Below, one piece after another: positions 61,750 to 64,000 of a DNA stretch of 64,000 nt; position 1 is the stretch's first letter; every line of letters begins with the position of its first letter. Source of the DNA: Basidiobolus meristosporus CBS 931.73. Lineage: Eukaryota > Fungi > Basidiobolomycota. The DNA lies in contig MCFE01000048.1 of assembly GCA_002104905.1 (NCBI GenBank), forward strand, positions 62,001 to 126,000. The letters are read 5' to 3'. The notes under the pieces were generated by a model. The model made no database searches and was not told the DNA's origin. It worked only from the letters and a program-made list of their open reading frames with translations. The position numbers and the translations under genes were made by a program.

Positions 61750-63606
61750 ATGGATCTACCTTTACCAGGAATGCAAGGAACTCCTTTCTTTGATGGAACC
61801 AAAGTTAAAGCTTTCATCAAGAGGTGGGAGCTTTTCTGCAGAGCCCACAAAATACCTGAGGCCATTATGGCTGAAGAGATGCCCCCCTACAGCACTGATG
61901 AGATCATGCTCTCATTATATGAAAGAAATGATCTGCTGACAAATTGGACCCTCTTGAAGAGCTACTTGATTGATAAATATGGAGAGAGACAAGTTGACTA
62001 CACACTTCAAGACTTGGAGAACTTTGCTTATAGCAAGTTTAAGCTGCTACCATTGAAAGAATACTTGAGTGGCCTTGAGCAAATTGGAGAGTCACTGAAA
62101 GCCCAAGGCATTATCACTGATCTGACTTTATCTGCCTATCTGCTCAGAGCACTACCAGAAGGCCTGGTTAGAAGGATTGAAAACAATCCTACTGTGAAAG
62201 CTATGAGTTCACTGCCTGCATTTCAGTTAGCTAAGCAGATTTTACTTGCCCCTGAAGAAACCTCACCAATCAGAAAGCTTCTTTCAAGCCCAGGACAAAA
62301 CCAAGATAGCCAAGACATACTTAATCCCAGCAATCAAAGCACTCAAATTCAGGAGCTGACACAGCAACTAGAGAAACTCTCTTTGCTACTTGCCAGCAAA
62401 GCATATGGTCAGAAGCCAGTAGAGAAAGAAGTCAAATATACATGCATGTGGTGTGACTCTGCCAACCATTCCAAGAGAAATTGCCAAGAGCTTCAGTCAT
62501 TACTATCCACAGGTGATGTCCTATATAGTCCTCAGGGATACATAGTCAGTAAGCATGGTGACAAATTATCCACAGCATTTGGACAAGGAGGAATGAGAGT
62601 TCACTACAAGCAAGTCACCTCTCATACAAGAAAGGTTCACCTCCATGGAGAAGAAGATCCTGGCTACTTTGATCCAGCTGAAGTTCTGAACTTTGACTAT
62701 GAGGATCCCAGAGAGGCCCAAGATCATATAGCTTCAATTTATGCTTCAAAGAGACACCATCCTGAAAAAATGGCTAATCTAGGCCCAGCAACAAAAGTAC
62801 CAAGATGTGAGCCAGAAGTTGTGATTGAGAAGAAAGCATCACCCCCATTAATTCTACAAGAGTCTGCCAAGACCAACAACTACCACATGCAGCCTAAAGT
62901 CAAGCAAAATGGTACCCCAGAGGCTCTGACAAGTCATATACTAGGAAGCAACATATCAATCAAGGTTGGAGAGCTACTCAGTGTATCACCATCTGTAAGA
63001 AAGACTCTGGATGAGCATATCAGAATAAGAAAGCATCCAATTGAAGCAACTCAAGGCAACCAGGTCAGGACAGTTCAAGGAAGCCAAGATATCAGTAAGC
63101 TGCATCAAAGCCAGAAACACTACTACTCAGTGGCAACTGCAACAACTACAGGAACTGTGCATAATCAAGAAATCCTATGTCATATAGACAGTGGATCTGA
63201 GATATGTGTGATGCCTTTGGAGGCTTGGAAACAACTACCATGCAAAGACCTATTGCCCATAGACACCAATATCAATTGGAGCATGAAGGATGCCAACTCA
63301 GGGCAATCAAAGCTTTTAGGAATTATTCACAGCTTCCCTCTCATCATTGAAGGAATACCCCATGAGATCCCAGTATTCATTTGTGCAAAGGCTAACTTTG
63401 AATTACTTCTTGGAAGACCATGGGAAGTAAAAGCAAGAGCAACTGCAGTGAACTACCCAGATGGTTCAGCATGGTATACTATATACTCAGAGAGCCCAGG
63501 ACTAACAGCAACCTTCTGTGGTGTGGACTCAAACAATATCCGATCAATGACATCATGTAGATTTCTATCTCAAGAAAGGACAGGTGGCTTCATTGAGGAA
63601 GACTGA
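61750..63606 (+). CDS. Gag-aspartic protease polyprotein (618 aa), intact
   Basis: PFFDGTKVKAFIKRWE gag start, CMWCDSANHSKRNC (CX2CX4HX4C), CHIDSGSE and ELLLGRPW protease motifs; homologous to 17036-18738. Confidence 0.9.
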   Translation: MDLPLPGMQGTPFFDGTKVKAFIKRWELFCRAHKIPEAIMAEEMPPYSTDEIMLSLYERNDLLTNWTLLKSYLIDKYGERQVDYTLQDLENFAYSKFKLLPLKEYLSGLEQIGESLKAQGIITDLTLSAYLLRALPEGLVRRIENNPTVKAMSSLPAFQLAKQILLAPEETSPIRKLLSSPGQNQDSQDILNPSNQSTQIQELTQQLEKLSLLLASKAYGQKPVEKEVKYTCMWCDSANHSKRNCQELQSLLSTGDVLYSPQGYIVSKHGDKLSTAFGQGGMRVHYKQVTSHTRKVHLHGEEDPGYFDPAEVLNFDYEDPREAQDHIASIYASKRHHPEKMANLGPATKVPRCEPEVVIEKKASPPLILQESAKTNNYHMQPKVKQNGTPEALTSHILGSNISIKVGELLSVSPSVRKTLDEHIRIRKHPIEATQGNQVRTVQGSQDISKLHQSQKHYYSVATATTTGTVHNQEILCHIDSGSEICVMPLEAWKQLPCKDLLPIDTNINWSMKDANSGQSKLLGIIHSFPLIIEGIPHEIPVFICAKANFELLLGRPWEVKARATAVNYPDGSAWYTIYSESPGLTATFCGVDSNNIRSMTSCRFLSQERTGGFIEED

Positions 63607-63670
63607 GAGAGCACTTTGTTCTCCAAACTTACAGTGGTTAGCTAAAAAGTTCCCTGAAACTTTTTAGCTC

Positions 63671-63684
63671 AAGTGGGGGGTGGA
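63671..63684 (+). promoter_or_regulatory. Polypurine tract
   Basis: AAGTGGGGGGTGGA immediately before the 3' LTR TG. Confidence 0.8.
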
Positions 63685-64000
63685 TGTGGTAGGGTAAACA
63701 TACCTCCCACAGACAAGTTTATTCATATAGTCATTATGACATACTTATCCATATTTTATCTTATCAGTATTATCCCATTCTTCTTTTGCCCATATTATCA
63801 GTACTATCCCCATGTGATGTTTACCCTGATTAGTTATTAGCATTAGTTATCCCAGATGTTATTCAGCTTTGTGATCAGTAGATGTATCTATATAAGGCAA
63901 GTACCCGCGTCAGTACCCATGACACATGACCTAGGTCTGTGTTACCATCCCTACCATTTCAATACCATATATGGTATTTCTATGTTGCACAGGTTTCAGA

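Larger units (their letters stand above)
60872..64000 (+). mobile_element. Young non-autonomous LTR retrotransposon (family B) encoding only Gag-protease
   Basis: 5' LTR 60872-61675; PBS 61680-61696; single ORF; PPT 63671-63684; 3' LTR from 63685, identical by eye over the 316 bp visible. Confidence 0.9.

Noticed and set aside
1-64000. Host protein-coding genes among the short ORFs
   Set aside because: Those I could place map to antisense or shifted frames of TE genes, LTRs or MITE arms (e.g. 4409-4711, 18938-19214, 20314-20586, 60701-61027); no host domain was recognised.
60872-64000. RIP as the main mutational process
   Set aside because: Closely linked direct repeats (LTR-B pair) are unmutated and transitions concentrate at CpG. 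Some CAG/CAA>TAG/TAA stops exist, so a weak non-CpG component is not excluded.

Overview
Eukaryotic, essentially 100% transposon-derived, strongly CpG-depleted window, probably fungal heterochromatin (the host is an inference from the tRNA-iMet PBS variant and the element types). I found no host gene, rRNA, tRNA or CRISPR array. It is a nested pile of: (i) a CACTA/CMC (Transposase_21-type) DNA transposon family with CCC-starting TIRs and a divergent accessory ORF (one end-to-end copy at 755-8441, several partial copies); (ii) a PIF/Harbinger-ISL2EU (PHIS)-type family with AGACTTGTTC TIRs and ANT target duplications, including a copy with an open DDE transposase (58548-59489) and several ~730-bp fold-back MITEs; (iii) at least four Ty3/Gypsy lineages (my labels A-D), one Ty1/Copia lineage, and many solo LTRs (labels E-G) with intact TSDs. 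The most notable observations are a very young LTR element encoding only an intact Gag-protease (60872-64000), a CpG-centred (NCGN) target preference of the A/B lineage, a Tf1-like self-priming signature in Gypsy-D, and the PHIS/fold-back MITE system. All coordinates, alignments and counts were made by eye; family assignments come from recognised motifs, not database searches.
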